Below, piece after piece: positions 7,001 to 7,023 of a DNA stretch of 7,023 bases. How positions within the stretch are numbered: position 1 is the first letter of the stretch; every line of letters begins with the position of its first letter. The stretch is taken from assembly GCF_006345805.1 (NCBI RefSeq), contig NW_021829127.1, positions 1 through 7,023 of the forward strand, in the 5' to 3' direction. This DNA is from Octopus sinensis. Its lineage: Eukaryota. Made by a program: the position numbers and the translations under genes. The notes below the pieces were generated by a model. It saw nothing but the letters and a program-made list of their open reading frames with translations. It had not been told where the DNA came from and made no database searches.

Positions 7001-7023
7001 ATTGTTTAAATGAGAAATATTAT

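Overview
AT-rich eukaryotic (animal-like) non-coding DNA, most likely intronic or intergenic, dense in TA/TG/CA microsatellites. This landscape is typical of octopus or penaeid shrimp genomes; a possible octopus-type SINE tail at ~6849-6910 weakly favours a cephalopod. No protein-coding gene is recognisable: the ORFs in the track are microsatellite artefacts except 3916-4119, which has no recognisable domain. The one clearly different region is a GC-elevated island at ~3560-3951 (160/360 G+C over 3601-3960, versus 13/60 over 3361-3420). It is bounded by plausible + strand 3' splice sites and a CAT|GTAAGT donor. By hand it folds into a ~260-nt nested rod-like hairpin (3663-3923) and lies in a 200-codon frame interrupted only by three TAG codons. 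It is the best candidate for a structured, possibly A-to-I-edited, regulatory exon. Other items are a degenerate 3-copy repeat just upstream, several isolated hairpins, a G-run minisatellite and higher-order microsatellite units. All structure calls are manual and unverified.
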